A stretch of 64,000 nucleotides of DNA, taken from positions 24,325 to 88,324 of the forward strand of contig CAPXSA010000005.1 of NCBI GenBank assembly GCA_948735595.1, given 5' to 3'. Under the pieces are notes generated by a model. That model searched no databases. It was not told the origin of the DNA and saw nothing but the letters and a program-made list of their open reading frames with translations. The DNA comes from an uncultured Clostridia bacterium (GTDB lineage Bacteria > Bacillota > Clostridia > TANB77 > CAG-508). Position numbers and translations under genes: made by a program. This document shows positions 29,364 to 38,264 of the stretch, in pieces (position 1 is the first letter of the stretch; every line of letters starts with the position of its first letter).

Positions 29364-29510
29364 AAATCATTCCTCCAAGTGTTTGTACTGCCATTAGGCA
29401 GAAAATGTGGTGTAGTCAAATGACTACTTGAATAAGAGATATTTATATTATACCACATAATAAAAAAATTTTCAAATTATGGTAACTATATCGAAAGGAG
29501 AAAAAACAAA

Positions 29511-31961
29511 ATGATGTATAAATTTACAGGACGTAGCGAAAAGGCATTAGAACTTGCAGCAGAGCTAGCAGCCGAGTTTGGGCATAATTACATAGGAACA
29601 GAACACATCCTATATGGCTTAACTAAAGAAGGCACAGGTGTTGCAAGCAAAGTGCTAGAATTGCAAGGAATTACTGCAGATAAAATTGCAGAAGAAATAG
29701 AGATTTTAATTGGTAGAGGAGAAGAAATTGAAGACGTAGCAGACATTGGATTTACTCCTCGTAGTAAGAGAATTATTGAAAATGCTTTTATTGAAGCAAG
29801 AAAATTAGGTTCAGAATTTATTGGAACAGAGCATTTATTAATTGGAATTATGCGTGAAGGGGATAGTGTGGCAGTTCGTATTATGATGGACTTAAAAGCT
29901 GATCCACAAAAGTTATATAATGAAATTATCAAAGTAATTAATGAAGAAGATAATACGGCAATCAATGCAAAACAAGGAAAGAGTAAAGCACGAGGAAGCT
30001 ACAATCAAACACCAACTTTAAACCAATTTGGAACTGATTTAACAAAACGTGCACAAGAGGGAAAGCTAGACCCAGTTATTGGTAGGAAAGAAGAAATTGA
30101 AAGAGTAATCCAAATTCTATCAAGAAGAACAAAAAATAATCCATGTTTAATAGGAGAACCAGGTGTTGGTAAAACAGCAGTAGTAGAGGGCTTAGCAGAA
30201 AAAATTGTGGCAGAAGATGTTCCTGAAATGTTAAAAAGCAAAAGGGTGGTTAGCTTAGATATTGCTAGTATGGTAGCTGGTGCAAAATATCGTGGAGATT
30301 TTGAAGAAAGAATTAAAAAATGCTTAGAAGAAGTCAAAAAGGCAGGAGATGTAATCCTATTTATTGATGAAGTTCATACAATTGTAGGGGCGGGTTCAGC
30401 AGAAGGTGCAGTGGATGCAGCTAATATTCTAAAACCGCTATTAGCAAGAGGAGAGGTACAAGTAATTGGAGCTACTACTCTAAATGAATATCGTAAGTAT
30501 ATTGAAAAAGATAGTGCATTAGAAAGAAGATTTAGTCCAGTCAATGTAGGAGAGCCATCCTTGGAAGAAACAACTCAAATACTAAAAGGAATTCGTGATA
30601 AATATGAAGCACATCATAATGTAAAAATTACAGATGAAGCTATTAAGGCATCTGTTGAATTATCTACTAGATATATCAATGATAGATTTTTGCCTGATAA
30701 AGCAATTGATTTAGTAGATGAAGCGGCTTCGCGTGTAAAAATGAGGATTTATACCCAACCAGAGTCTATTAAAAAATTGGAAGATAAGATTGCAGAACTA
30801 GACAAAGAGAAAGAAGATGCTATTCGCTCACAAGATTTTGAAAAGGCAGCAAAGCTTCGCGATAAAGTAAAAGAAGAAAAAGAAAAGTTAGCAAAAGAAA
30901 AGGAAAAATGGCGTAACAAAAATACAAAGAGTGTGACAACTTTAACAGAAGAAGATATTGCAGAAGTAGTATCTAGTTGGACTGGTGTGCCAGTTCAAAA
31001 GTTAACACAAAGTGAAAATGAGAAATTAAAGAATTTAGAAACTATTTTACATCAAAGAGTAGTGGGACAAAATGAGGCAATAGAAGCAATTTCAAAAGCA
31101 ATTAGAAGAGGAAGAGTAGGACTAAAAGATCCTAATCGTCCAATTGGTTCTTTCCTATTCTTAGGACCAACAGGTGTAGGAAAAACAGAACTTTCTAAAG
31201 CATTAGCAGAAGCTTTATTTGGTAATGAGAATGCAATGATACGTGTAGATATGTCTGAATATATGGAACCACATTCTATTTCCAAATTAATTGGTTCTCC
31301 TCCAGGGTATGTAGGATTTGATGAAGGTGGACAATTAACGGAGAAGATTAGAAGAAAGCCATATTCTGTTATCCTATTTGATGAAGTAGAAAAGGCACAT
31401 CCTGATGTTATGAATATGTTACTCCAGATTTTAGATGATGGAAGATTAACAGATGCACAAGGTAGAACAGTAAACTTTAAAAATACAGTCATTATTATGA
31501 CGTCTAACATTGGTGCTAGAATGATTACTGACAAGAATACATTAGGATTTAGTGTTAGCACAAATCAAAAAGAAGAAGCACAAAAAGAATATGAAAATAT
31601 TAAAAAAGATGTTATGGGAGAACTTAAAAAGCAATTTAGACCAGAATTGATTAACCGTATTGATGAAATTATTGTATTCCATAAACTAACAGATGAGGAT
31701 GTCAAACAAATTATTGAGATTATGTTAAATCAATTACAAAAACGTATGAAAGAACAAAATATTGAATTAGAAATTGATGAAAGTGTAAAAGATTTAATTG
31801 CGAAAAAGGGCGTAGATACTAATTATGGTGCAAGACCTTTGAAAAGAGCAATTCAAAGTGTATTAGAGGATAGAATTGCAGAAGAGATTTTAGATGGAAA
31901 CATTAAGCCAAATCAAAAGGCAAAGGTGCTATCTAGAGAGGAAGAAGTTGTTGTGGAATAA
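29511..31961 (+). CDS. clpC: ATP-dependent Clp protease ATP-binding subunit ClpC
   Basis: 816 aa with Clp_N repeats, two AAA+ modules ([16 protein letters not shown]) and a UVR linker. Confidence 0.97.
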   Translation: MMYKFTGRSEKALELAAELAAEFGHNYIGTEHILYGLTKEGTGVASKVLELQGITADKIAEEIEILIGRGEEIEDVADIGFTPRSKRIIENAFIEARKLGSEFIGTEHLLIGIMREGDSVAVRIMMDLKADPQKLYNEIIKVINEEDNTAINAKQGKSKARGSYNQTPTLNQFGTDLTKRAQEGKLDPVIGRKEEIERVIQILSRRTKNNPCLIGEPGVGKTAVVEGLAEKIVAEDVPEMLKSKRVVSLDIASMVAGAKYRGDFEERIKKCLEEVKKAGDVILFIDEVHTIVGAGSAEGAVDAANILKPLLARGEVQVIGATTLNEYRKYIEKDSALERRFSPVNVGEPSLEETTQILKGIRDKYEAHHNVKITDEAIKASVELSTRYINDRFLPDKAIDLVDEAASRVKMRIYTQPESIKKLEDKIAELDKEKEDAIRSQDFEKAAKLRDKVKEEKEKLAKEKEKWRNKNTKSVTTLTEEDIAEVVSSWTGVPVQKLTQSENEKLKNLETILHQRVVGQNEAIEAISKAIRRGRVGLKDPNRPIGSFLFLGPTGVGKTELSKALAEALFGNENAMIRVDMSEYMEPHSISKLIGSPPGYVGFDEGGQLTEKIRRKPYSVILFDEVEKAHPDVMNMLLQILDDGRLTDAQGRTVNFKNTVIIMTSNIGARMITDKNTLGFSVSTNQKEEAQKEYENIKKDVMGELKKQFRPELINRIDEIIVFHKLTDEDVKQIIEIMLNQLQKRMKEQNIELEIDESVKDLIAKKGVDTNYGARPLKRAIQSVLEDRIAEEILDGNIKPNQKAKVLSREEEVVVE

Positions 31962-32013
31962 AGAATAAACAACACAGAAAACAAAGACAACATAAAAAGT
32001 TTACAAAAAAGTA

Positions 32014-32042
32014 TTGACAAATGAAAAATAGAAGAGTATAAT
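32014..32042 (+). promoter_or_regulatory. Consensus sigma-A promoter (TTGACA-17-TATAAT) with no protein gene downstream
   Basis: Hexamers at 32014-32019 and 32037-32042. Confidence 0.75.
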
Positions 32043-32220
32043 AGAAAACATAGTTGCCTAAGAGGTAACAAAATACTTCCGTTAAGGAAGAATACATTGA
32101 AAAGGAGAGAATAGCTTATGCGATGTCGGAACAGCTTTTCTATGAAAAATTCGGAAAAGATGTGACCTGCACCGGCGGCCGCCTAGGCCTGACCTGGGCT
32201 AGCTGAAAGGAGTCGTAACA

Positions 32221-32250
32221 TGCGGAGGTACCCAACTGGTTTCAAGTAGC
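32221..32250 (+). repeat. 30-nt internal motif, copy 1 (TGCGGAGGTACCCAACTGGTTTCAAGTAGC)
   Basis: 24/30 identical to copy 3. Confidence 0.8.
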
Positions 32251-32291
32251 AAAATAACGGCACCACAGTAAAGTGAAGGAGGGGCGAAAAA

Positions 32292-32321
32292 TGCCTCGGT
32301 TTACAAGTGGATTCCTGTAGC
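32292..32321 (+). repeat. 30-nt internal motif, copy 2 (TGCCTCGGTTTACAAGTGGATTCCTGTAGC)
   Basis: 26/30 identical to copy 3. Confidence 0.8.
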
Positions 32322-32457
32322 TGTAGCCCCTTGGGGGCCAAAACGAACAGCAAAAAAATCTTTTTCGCTACATATATGGGGCCCATCTAGAGCGCTGATG
32401 CGCCAAGAGGATGTATGCCTGCAAAAATATTAGCGGAAGAAAGGTGTGAGTGTGACA

Positions 32458-32487
32458 TGCCGCGGTTTCCAACTGGATTCCAGTAGC
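32458..32487 (+). repeat. 30-nt internal motif, copy 3 (TGCCGCGGTTTCCAACTGGATTCCAGTAGC)
   Basis: Contains the hairpin ACTGG-att-CCAGT. Confidence 0.8.
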
Positions 32488-32520
32488 CTGAACAACAGAC
32501 CCGAGCTATATCTCGAAAAA

Positions 32521-32554
32521 CGGGCGCCCTATTTGGGGCGCCCGAGTCTTTTTT
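32521..32554. terminator. Strong G+C-rich bidirectional terminator
   Basis: CGGGCGCCC-tatttg-GGGCGCCCG followed by AGTCTTTTTT on the plus strand. TTTTTCGAG follows the stem on the minus strand, downstream of the CDF gene. Confidence 0.85.
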
Positions 32555-32595
32555 ATATAAAAACATATAATCAATTACTATAATAACACAACTAA

Positions 32596-33453
32596 TTAGA
32601 TTGGTTCTACATGAACAATCGCACGATAAATTTTATCTAGTCCAGAAACACTTAATTCTAATTGATCAGCTAATTCATGACTTTTGAAGGTACTCATATT
32701 TCCATCTACATAAATGGTTAATACAACAACATATTGATGCCCAACAGGAGTAGAAGAGATTTCATCTAACTTTTGAATTTCTTTATAACTATGGGCTAAA
32801 TCCATAATAATTTCTTTTGTTTTTTCATCAAGTGAAATATCCATCAAAACATTATAGCTTTCCATAAAAATTTTTACACCTGTTAAACAAATCCAAATAG
32901 AAATTCCAATTCCCACAATACCATCAAACCAGTAAATATTGGCGAAGGTAAGTAAAATAGAGATTAAAGTAAATGTTGTTACAATACAGTCATTACGATG
33001 GTCATTTCGATTAGCTTCTAGTAAAATATTTTCAAATTTTTTAGCTAGGCGATTTGTATATAAAAACAAGGCTAATTTGACAGCAATTGTAATAAGGCAA
33101 ACAATTACTAAAAACCAAGAAAAGATTAATTCGCTTCCGTAAATTAAGGTATAAATAGAGTCATAAAGCAGTTTAAAAGCAATAACTATCATAGAAATAC
33201 TAATAAACATAGAAAAAATATATTCAGCTTTTCCATGACCAAAATTATGACTTTTATCTTGTGGCTCACTAGCAATTTTGTTACCAATAAAGGTCATTAA
33301 AGAAGCAAAAATATCACCAGCACTGTTTGCAGCATCTGCAATCATTGACTGGCTCTTAAAAAGAAAACCTACCGTTCCTTTGATAATTAATAAAAATAAA
33401 TTTCCTAAAATTCCAAATAATCCAGCTTTTTTAGTTTGTTCAAAGCGATTCAT
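32596..33453 (-). CDS. Cation diffusion facilitator (CDF) family metal efflux transporter
   Basis: 285 aa with six TM segments. ..SMIADAANSAGDI.., ..HNFGHGKAE.. and a C-terminal cytoplasmic domain are typical of CDF. Confidence 0.9.
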   Translation of the reverse strand: MNRFEQTKKAGLFGILGNLFLLIIKGTVGFLFKSQSMIADAANSAGDIFASLMTFIGNKIASEPQDKSHNFGHGKAEYIFSMFISISMIVIAFKLLYDSIYTLIYGSELIFSWFLVIVCLITIAVKLALFLYTNRLAKKFENILLEANRNDHRNDCIVTTFTLISILLTFANIYWFDGIVGIGISIWICLTGVKIFMESYNVLMDISLDEKTKEIIMDLAHSYKEIQKLDEISSTPVGHQYVVVLTIYVDGNMSTFKSHELADQLELSVSGLDKIYRAIVHVEPI

Positions 33454-33617
33454 GTTAGATCCCCCTATTAGTAATCTTTTATATTATCATATCATTTTAT
33501 AACAAAGTTTATGCACTATTATATCATAAGTATTTTGAAATTCAATACATAGAGTTATTGAAAATTATTATGATTTATAATATACTTTTTATATATAATA
33601 TTAAAAGGAGTTAAAGA

Positions 33618-34079
33618 ATGTTTTGTAATAAATGTGGAAAAGAAATAAATGAAGATTCAATATTTTGTAATTATTGCGGAAATAAATTAAAAACTAAAGA
33701 AACAAGACAAGAAAATGCTAAACCAAATTTGAAAGAAGAGATAAAAGAAGCATGGAGAAGTGGGCCAGAGAGAGCAGAAAAAGAGAGAATTGAAAAAGAA
33801 CAAAGAGAATATTTAAAGCAATTAAAAGAAACAAAAGAAGAAGTACAGAAAAATTTAAAACCAAAAGATGGAAAATATCATGTTGTGTTGATAAAGAGTA
33901 AGGCTAGATATTTGACAGGATATAAAATATGTGATAATCAATATGCTATTGAATTAGAGGATATATTGGAAATGATACAAGGTAAAGGATATGAAATAAT
34001 AGATGTAAAAATGATAGGGATAGAAGAAGGTTCTGTATATGGTACGACCAGAGTAGAAACATTAGTGATGTATAAGTAG
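33618..34079 (+). CDS. Zinc-ribbon domain protein, hypothetical
   Basis: N-terminal CNKCG..FCNYCG, a charged linker and a small C-terminal globular part. AAAGGAG RBS. Confidence 0.65.
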   Translation: MFCNKCGKEINEDSIFCNYCGNKLKTKETRQENAKPNLKEEIKEAWRSGPERAEKERIEKEQREYLKQLKETKEEVQKNLKPKDGKYHVVLIKSKARYLTGYKICDNQYAIELEDILEMIQGKGYEIIDVKMIGIEEGSVYGTTRVETLVMYK

Positions 34080-34169
34080 GAAGGGCAAAATTTATGTATT
34101 GTAATTATTATGAGAAAGAATGATGAAAATTAAATACAAGTTGCATGTAAAAAATATATGTGATATACT

Positions 34170-34270
34170 TAAGTTAGCCGTTCGAGCGAAGCGAGTTATG
34201 GATAACTTATGCGTAACAAGCTGAAGCTAAGTTAGCCATTCGAGCAAAGCGAGTTATGGATAACTTATGC
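34170..34270 (+). repeat. Dispersed repeat family 3: two tandem 58-bp units
   Basis: TAAGTTAGCC(G/A)TTCGAGC(G/A)AAGCGAGTTATGGATAACTTATGC at 34170 and 34228. A reverse-oriented relative lies at 44068-44110. Confidence 0.8.
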
Positions 34271-34326
34271 AATCGAGTATATGCGAGATGGTAAACATTA
34301 AATAGTTTATACAAAGGAGCAAATCA

Positions 34327-34677
34327 ATGGAATTTGTAACAATTATTTTTCTCCTACTCTTTGTTATATTTGCATTAGTCGCAATGGCAGTGATGCAAAT
34401 ACGTATGGCAGGTATTAAAATCAAAGACTTTTGGGGATTTATTCAAGCAAATCAAATGTTAGATAAATTATATAAATTTTCAAAAAGATGTAGAGTAATG
34501 AGTCCACAAGAACAAATTATTTTTTTATCAGAAGCAGAAAAAGTTTTTGATGCATATGATAAAATACCATCTATTGTGTGGGAAGAAGAATATCGTAAAT
34601 ATTCAGATGTACTAGAAGCTTATAAAAATGTTCGCTTAACAAGGTGGAGCGAAGAAAATGCAAATAAAGAGAAATAA
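34327..34677 (+). CDS. Hypothetical protein with an N-terminal TM helix
   Basis: 116 aa, AAAGGAG RBS. Confidence 0.6.
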   Translation: MEFVTIIFLLLFVIFALVAMAVMQIRMAGIKIKDFWGFIQANQMLDKLYKFSKRCRVMSPQEQIIFLSEAEKVFDAYDKIPSIVWEEEYRKYSDVLEAYKNVRLTRWSEENANKEK

Positions 34678-34846
34678 AGTGTAATAATAAGAGAATACAC
34701 TTTATTTTTTTTAGTTCTAGGAAAGTGCGTAAGCACTTGACGTAGAAATAAATTATGCAGACATTAGTCGCATTTTTGCAATAAAATTTTGAAAAATACA
34801 TATAATATAGAAAAAGACTTGAATAATCAAAAAGGAATGAGAATTT

Positions 34847-35989
34847 ATGAAGATTAGATATTTTGACCATGCAGCGACAACACCAGTTAGCGAAAATGTA
34901 TTAAAAGCAATGCTTCCCTATTTTACTTACGAATATGGTAATGCTTCATCTTTATACACAATTGGTAGACAGTCCAAGAAAGCAATAGAGGAAGCTAGAA
35001 AGAAAGTAGCTAGGGCTATTGGAGCAAAACAGCATGAAATTTATTTTACTTCTTGTGGAAGTGAAAGTGATAACTTAGCAATTAAAGGAGTTGCATATAG
35101 CCACAAAGAAAAAGGAAATCATATTATCACGAGTAAAATAGAACATCCAGCAGTATTAAATACTTGTGAAACTTTACAAAGACAAGGTTTTGAAGTTACC
35201 TATTTAGATGTAGATGAAAAAGGCTTTATAAACATAGAGCAGTTAATAAATAGCATTAGACCAACAACTATTTTAATTTCTGTTATGTTTGCTAATAATG
35301 AAATAGGAACAATACAACCAATTGAAATGATAGGAAATATTGCAAAACAAAAAGGTATTTTATTTCATACAGATAGTGTGCAAGCAGTGGGAAACGTAAA
35401 AATTGATGTAAATCAATTGCATATTGACTTATTATCCATGTCAGCTCACAAATTTTATGGACCAAAAGGAATAGGAGCTTTGTATGTAAGAGAAGGAGTA
35501 GAATTTGAAAGGATACAAGATGGAGGACATCAAGAGAGAAATAAAAGGGCAGGAACAGAGAATGTAGCTGAAATTGTTGGATTAGGAGAAGCCATAGAAG
35601 AAATCTATCAAAACTATGAAACATACAATCAAAAGCTAGTAGACTTAAGAGATTACTATATTTCTGAAGCACAAAAAAGAATTCCAAACACTAAACTAAA
35701 TGGGGATAAACAAAAGAGGCTACCAGGTAATGCAAATTTATCTTTTCCCAAAATTAATGCACAGGAATTATTATTAGGCTTAGATGAAAAGGGAATTTGC
35801 GCTTCGGCAGGTTCTGCTTGCAGTAGTGGAGAAACTAGCCCATCTCACGTATTAACAGCTATTAGATTAAGTCCAGAAGTAGCAGAAGGAACATTAAGGG
35901 TTACCTTTGGCAAAGATAATACAAAAGAAGATGTGGAATATTTAGTAAATAGTTTGGAAGAAGTAATTAATAAAATAAGAAATAAATAG
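34847..35989 (+). CDS. nifS: Cysteine desulfurase (NifS/IscS type, class V aminotransferase)
   Basis: 380 aa with FDHAATTP, SAHKFYGPKG (PLP lysine) and the GSACSSG active-site loop. Confidence 0.93.
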   Translation: MKIRYFDHAATTPVSENVLKAMLPYFTYEYGNASSLYTIGRQSKKAIEEARKKVARAIGAKQHEIYFTSCGSESDNLAIKGVAYSHKEKGNHIITSKIEHPAVLNTCETLQRQGFEVTYLDVDEKGFINIEQLINSIRPTTILISVMFANNEIGTIQPIEMIGNIAKQKGILFHTDSVQAVGNVKIDVNQLHIDLLSMSAHKFYGPKGIGALYVREGVEFERIQDGGHQERNKRAGTENVAEIVGLGEAIEEIYQNYETYNQKLVDLRDYYISEAQKRIPNTKLNGDKQKRLPGNANLSFPKINAQELLLGLDEKGICASAGSACSSGETSPSHVLTAIRLSPEVAEGTLRVTFGKDNTKEDVEYLVNSLEEVINKIRNK

Positions 35990-36085
35990 TTACAATAAAA
36001 AATGCAATAAGATAGAAATTCTTAATTTGTGCGTAGTATAAGACTATGACGTAGTAGAATAATTCTTAAAATTTAAAAAAATAAT

Positions 36086-36116
36086 AAAAAACACTAGTAA
36101 TTTACTAGTGCTTTTT
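36086..36116. terminator. Bidirectional terminator
   Basis: CACTAGTAA-t-TTACTAGTG flanked by A and T runs. Confidence 0.75.
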
Positions 36117-36159
36117 GATATAATGGTATTAACCTATAAATTAATCTTAAAAAATAAAT

Positions 36160-36375
36160 TTATTCGGTTTCGTCTTTTGGTATGTACTCCAATAACTCAG
36201 AGATTTCGCAGTTAAAGGCTTGGCAAATACGATTTAGTTGGTCGATATCAATTCTCTTTGTTTCCTCATAATACATTTTGGATATAGTTGCAGGGCGAAT
36301 ATGAGTGATATCTGCTAATGCTTTCTGAGTCATCTTGTTCTTGCCAAGTAAATCAGATAATTTTATTTTTATCAT
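36160..36375 (-). CDS. XRE-family helix-turn-helix transcriptional regulator
   Basis: Start at MIKIKLSDLLGKNKMTQKALADITHIRPATISKMY, a Cro/C1 HTH. 71 aa. Confidence 0.85.
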   Translation of the reverse strand: MIKIKLSDLLGKNKMTQKALADITHIRPATISKMYYEETKRIDIDQLNRICQAFNCEISELLEYIPKDETE

Positions 36376-36539
36376 GAGATTCACCTTTCTATTGAAAAAT
36401 AATTGTGACAAAAATTGTCGGATTTTGTCACATGCTTGTATTTTATCACGAGATGTATTAAAATTACATATTAATAGAAGAACATAACGATAAAAGTGAT
36501 AAAAGACCATCTAGAAGTAAATGAAAAGAGGTGTGCTAA

Positions 36540-36761
36540 ATGAGTTTGAAATCATTTTTTACAAAAGAAAATACACCTACCAACAGAGACTGGAAGGAGA
36601 AAAATAAGGGATACTTAAGACAATTACAAAAATTTTTAGATGTGGCAGATAATATAGAAAGAGAAGATTTAAGAAAGTCTGTTATCGCAGAAATGTTAAA
36701 ATGCGATATGATTTTAACTGAATTAGCAGAAAAACAAATCAAATTAATTTCTCGGAGATGA
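36540..36761 (+). CDS. Hypothetical 73-aa protein, divergent from the XRE regulator
   Basis: AGAGGTG RBS. In-frame CGG at 36753-36755, two codons before the stop. Confidence 0.5.
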   Translation: MSLKSFFTKENTPTNRDWKEKNKGYLRQLQKFLDVADNIEREDLRKSVIAEMLKCDMILTELAEKQIKLISRR

Positions 36762-36819
36762 AAAAAGGGTGAATAATAGCAAGTAAAAACGAACATACTA
36801 ATTTCTAGAAGGTAACAAT

Positions 36820-37167
36820 ATGATAAAAAGAATTTTAGTAGGTTTAGTAGCCGGAATTATTAGCGGTCTTTTTACAGCAGGAGGAGGACTTATTATTGTT
36901 CCAGCATTGCTATATACTTTAAAATTGGAACCTAAAAAAGCGAGAGCTACTACTGTTTTTTGCATTTTACCAATGGTAGCCATTACAGCTATTTTTTATG
37001 GAAAGAGCAATTTTATTAGGTGGGATATTGGAATTAGGTGTGCAATTGGAGGTATTATTGGAGGAATAATAGGAGCAAGGCTATTAAATTATTTGCCAGA
37101 AAAATATTTAAAAATTGCTTTTACATTATTTCTTATTTATGCGGGAATTAATATGATAGCAAAGTAG
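36820..37167 (+). CDS. TauE/SafE-family anion exporter, N-terminal half-size protein
   Basis: 115 aa with the GLVAGIISGLFTAGGGLIIVPAL motif. Confidence 0.8.
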   Translation: MIKRILVGLVAGIISGLFTAGGGLIIVPALLYTLKLEPKKARATTVFCILPMVAITAIFYGKSNFIRWDIGIRCAIGGIIGGIIGARLLNYLPEKYLKIAFTLFLIYAGINMIAK

Positions 37168-37179
37168 AAAGAAGCGTTC

Positions 37180-37582
37180 ATGAAAGAATTAATCATAGGT
37201 TTGATATCAGGAGTAATTAGCCGGAATGGGAATGGGAGGAGGAACGATTTTAATCCTTCTTCTTTCCATTTTTATGGGAGTAGATCAGCATATTGCACAA
37301 GCAACTAATTTGGTTTTTTTTATACCAACAGCAATAGGTGCTATTGTAATGGGAATTAAGAATAAAAATGTACAGTGGAAATTAGCAATTCCTATTATTC
37401 TAGCAGGAATAATAGGGGCAGTAATAAGTAGCAGTATTAGTACACATATTAATGTACAATTATTAAGAAAATTATTTGGCACTTTTTTACTAGTTATAGC
37501 AAGTTATGAAATAGTTTCGTGGTACAAAATGTATATTAAAGAAAAAAATAGACATACTAAAAAGGAGAACAAAATTAAATAA
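37180..37582 (+). pseudogene. TauE/SafE-family half-size protein interrupted by a +1 frameshift at in-frame CGG 37222-37224
   Basis: MKELIIGLISGVIS-R-NGNG.. in frame 0. Skipping C37222 gives ..GVIS-GMGMGGGTILILLLSIF.., which restores the family GxGGG motif and joins ORF 37226-37582. Confidence 0.85.
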
Positions 37583-37597
37583 AGGAGGAAGAGCCAA

Positions 37598-37738
37598 ATG
37601 AAATTTATGAAAGGTATGCTAATTGGAGGAATTGTAACTGCAGGAATTGCTATGATGTATGCTGAAACTATGGATCAAAACAAAAGAAGAATGATGAAAA
37701 AAGGAAAACAATTTGCAAAAAGAATGGGAATATTATAG
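37598..37738 (+). CDS. Small YtxH/general-stress-like protein (46 aa)
   Basis: AAAGGAGG RBS 8 nt before the ATG. Reads MKFMKGMLIGGIVTAGIAMMYAE..KKGKQFAKRMG. Confidence 0.55.
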   Translation: MKFMKGMLIGGIVTAGIAMMYAETMDQNKRRMMKKGKQFAKRMGIL

Positions 37739-37814
37739 ATTTTCAATATTATAAAAGAGAAACCATAGTACGAATACTATGATTTCTTTTTTTTCTTTAT
37801 GAAGGCAGATAAAT

Positions 37815-38264
37815 CTATTTGCAAGGTTTATCGCATGGTTTTTGGCAAGGCTTGTCGCAAGGTTTTTCTATACATTCTTTACATGGAGGACATTCTAATT
37901 CAACGCCTTTTAAGCATTTTCCTTCATGTTTACCACAAGTACATACTTTACAATGTTTTACTTGGTCTACCCAGATTTCAATTTCATAAAGTCTGTTAGC
38001 ACATAAAGGTCCAAAAACGAATTCTCCGTTTTTGTCAGTGAAAGTATGAGAAACAGGACGTCTTTCCTCTTCACCACATTCACAAACAACCTCAACTAAT
38101 TTAACAACAGCATCTTTTACAGGGTCTTGATAACAATCTTTTACAACACCATAAATAACAGTTCTGTTATCTTCTGGTAAAGTAATGTCTAAATCAAATT
38201 GTTTTCCAGTAGCTAAGATACCATCAACATTCATAACAGGGCATACGCATTTTTCGTAATCCAT
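37815..38264 (-). CDS. Cysteine-rich protein with a CarboxypepD_reg-like beta-sandwich and a KPC-repeat tail; possible spore coat component
   Basis: GVVKDCYQDPVKDAVVKLVE...TDKNGEFVFGPL is the regulatory-domain pattern. The C-terminus is CPPCKECIEKPCDKPCQKPCDKPCK. A CATACTATA element upstream resembles mother-cell (sigma-E/K) -10 boxes. The start could be MDYEK or MKIF. Confidence 0.6.
   Translation of the reverse strand: MDYEKCVCPVMNVDGILATGKQFDLDITLPEDNRTVIYGVVKDCYQDPVKDAVVKLVEVVCECGEEERRPVSHTFTDKNGEFVFGPLCANRLYEIEIWVDQVKHCKVCTCGKHEGKCLKGVELECPPCKECIEKPCDKPCQKPCDKPCK

Larger units (their letters stand above)
32049..32554 (+). ncRNA. Candidate large structured noncoding RNA of unknown class (about 500 nt, G+C-rich)
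   Basis: Bounded by a consensus promoter and a strong terminator. All six frames are closed except a spurious 67-codon antisense ORF. G+C is far above the flanks, with many local hairpins (for example GCTGT-A-GCCCC-ttg-GGGGC..ACAGC) and a 30-nt motif present three times. Confidence 0.6.

Noticed and set aside
29412-29427. Palindrome GTAGTCA-aa-TGACTAC before clpC as a second CtsR operator.
   Set aside because: Only one AGTCAAA heptad is present, not the tandem direct repeat. I also could not place a convincing -35/-10 pair next to it.
32183-32386. 67-aa minus-strand ORF inside the G+C-rich region.
   Set aside because: It has no RBS or promoter and overlaps the repeated motifs. Its composition is explained by the structured-RNA hypothesis.
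32170-32470. A cluster of restriction-enzyme palindromes (GCGGCCGC, CCTAGG, AGGCCT, GCTAGC, GGTACC, GGGCCC, TCTAGA, CCGCGG) that at first looked like an engineered polylinker.
   Set aside because: About 1 in 64 positions is a palindromic hexamer by chance. Seven or eight in about 450 nt of G+C-rich sequence is therefore expected, and they are dispersed through helices rather than contiguous like a cloning site.
33454-33617. czcD (NiCo) or another metal riboswitch upstream of the CDF transporter.
   Set aside because: The upstream region of the minus-strand gene is AT-rich and lacks the paired G+C-rich helices of that motif. The G+C-rich RNA at 32049-32554 is downstream of, and convergent to, the transporter.
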